The translations under genes and the position numbers were made by a program. A DNA stretch of 63,885 bases, filler included, from Basidiobolus ranarum (taxonomy: Eukaryota), in assembly GCA_040143965.1 (NCBI GenBank). It is 31 parts of 31 records of this genome, joined end to end, with 100 filler letters (N's around TTAATTAATTAA, not from the genome) between each part and the next. Parts side by side here need not be neighbours in the genome. Positions count along the whole stretch, not along the records: positions 61,930 to 63,885 come from JASJQH010010898.1; 30 more parts are not named here. The stretch is one strand, 5' to 3'. A model generated the notes under the pieces. The model saw only the letters and a program-made list of their open reading frames with translations, did no database searches and was not told the DNA's origin. Positions 62,832 to 63,885 of the stretch are shown here, one piece after another; positions within the stretch are counted from its first letter, which is position 1; each line of letters begins with the position of its first letter.

Positions 62832-63561
62832 TGTTGAAACTGTCAAAGTATTTGGGAGCCTGTTGGAAGTGATTTGGAAAATTAGAGGAATTGGTGATTT
62901 TACTTATTGATTTATTGAGTAGAAAGTTGACATTTATGGTTTTGTCAAGATGTAAACAAACTAACATGTAGAATGTGATAAGGAAGGTCCCAGGAACATG
63001 TGTGCAGAGTTTGGGACTTCTAGCACAAGTTTCAAGAAGCTGTATAGCTGAGAACTTCTAAGTTGGTAAAATATTCTAGGTAAATTCCAATTGAGAACCC
63101 TTGATAATATCTTAGTGAGTTATAAGATAACTAAGTACTAAGTTATATATGACTATATAGGTGTTTAGGCAATGCTAATTTCAACAGAATCCATCCTATC
63201 TGGAATACTCTTAGGCCTAGCTTACTATGAAACTTAGCTCTGTCAACATCTTGACTTTATCTTTGAATATTATATTCTAACTTGGCTTATTTATCTATTT
63301 GCTTTGTTTAAATTGATAAGTAAATATTACACCTTCTAGTACTTATCATCCTCAATAACCCTAACCCTAAGTTTGGGGCTTCTAGCACTAGTTTGAAAAA
63401 TCTATATATCTGAGAACTTCTAAGTTGGTAAAAATATTTTAAGTAAATTCCGATTGCAAATAATGGATAATATTTTAGTGAAATATGAGATAACTAAGTA
63501 CTAAGCTATATATGACTATATAGGTGTTTAGGCAAAGCTAATTTCAACAAATACTTTAACA
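62832..63561 (+). repeat. Copia 3' LTR (TGTTGAAA...TACTTTAACA) holding an inverted solo LTR-A (62841-63186) and a partial inverted LTR-A (about 63370-63549)
   Basis: The solo LTR TGTCAAAG...TTTCAACA is flanked by GAAAC/GAATC. Confidence 0.8.
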
Positions 63562-63885
63562 TTAATGACTATTATAAAACCAGAATGTTCAAATTTTCGC
63601 TCCTATATAATGTTCAATTTAGAAATATAACTAATAATGTATAATCTTAATGTTAAAAACATGTTGCACTCGAACTGATTTACTTACTGCACTGAATATA
63701 AGTTTATATAATATCTCAAAGATTAATGGAATCACCGTCATAACGTAAGGAACTATCGTTTGTGCTCTGCTTAAGCAGCGTGACAAATAGCACGTTAAAA
63801 CATCAAGTAAGTGATAAGATGTTGTTATTTGAAAAAATGCATGCAAAAAAAGGAATTAGTTTTAAGCAATAGTGTATATATAGCC

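Overview
This window is not a continuous locus. It is an artificial, size-sorted concatenation of 31 small contigs (about 1,972 down to 1,956 bp) joined by 100-bp N44-TTAATTAATTAA-N44 linkers, so only within-contig neighbourhoods are real. The DNA is eukaryotic and fungal (short GT-AG introns). An EFL (elongation factor-like) gene points to an early-diverging fungus such as Basidiobolus or the Entomophthoromycotina (inference). About two thirds of the contigs are decayed, nested transposons: Ty1/Copia, chromodomain Ty3/Gypsy, several LTR families, MITEs, and an abundant CCC-terminated CACTA/EnSpm DNA transposon. That transposon can be tiled from overlapping copies as left TIR - unknown ORF-X (<-) - about 210 bp - Tnp2 transposase (->) - right TIR. 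TE copies show near-total CpG loss by transition, while host genes keep CpG. Host genes are partial: RPT6 (with a Walker A Gly-to-Cys change), EFL, HSP104, a NIMA kinase, RPS17, a C2H2 factor, a tandem array of MDR alkenal reductases with pseudogenes, an SDR pseudogene, a pseudo-tRNA-Leu, a QSSGxGKS P-loop NTPase and a secreted fibronectin type II-like protein. All family assignments come from manual motif recognition; no database search was run.
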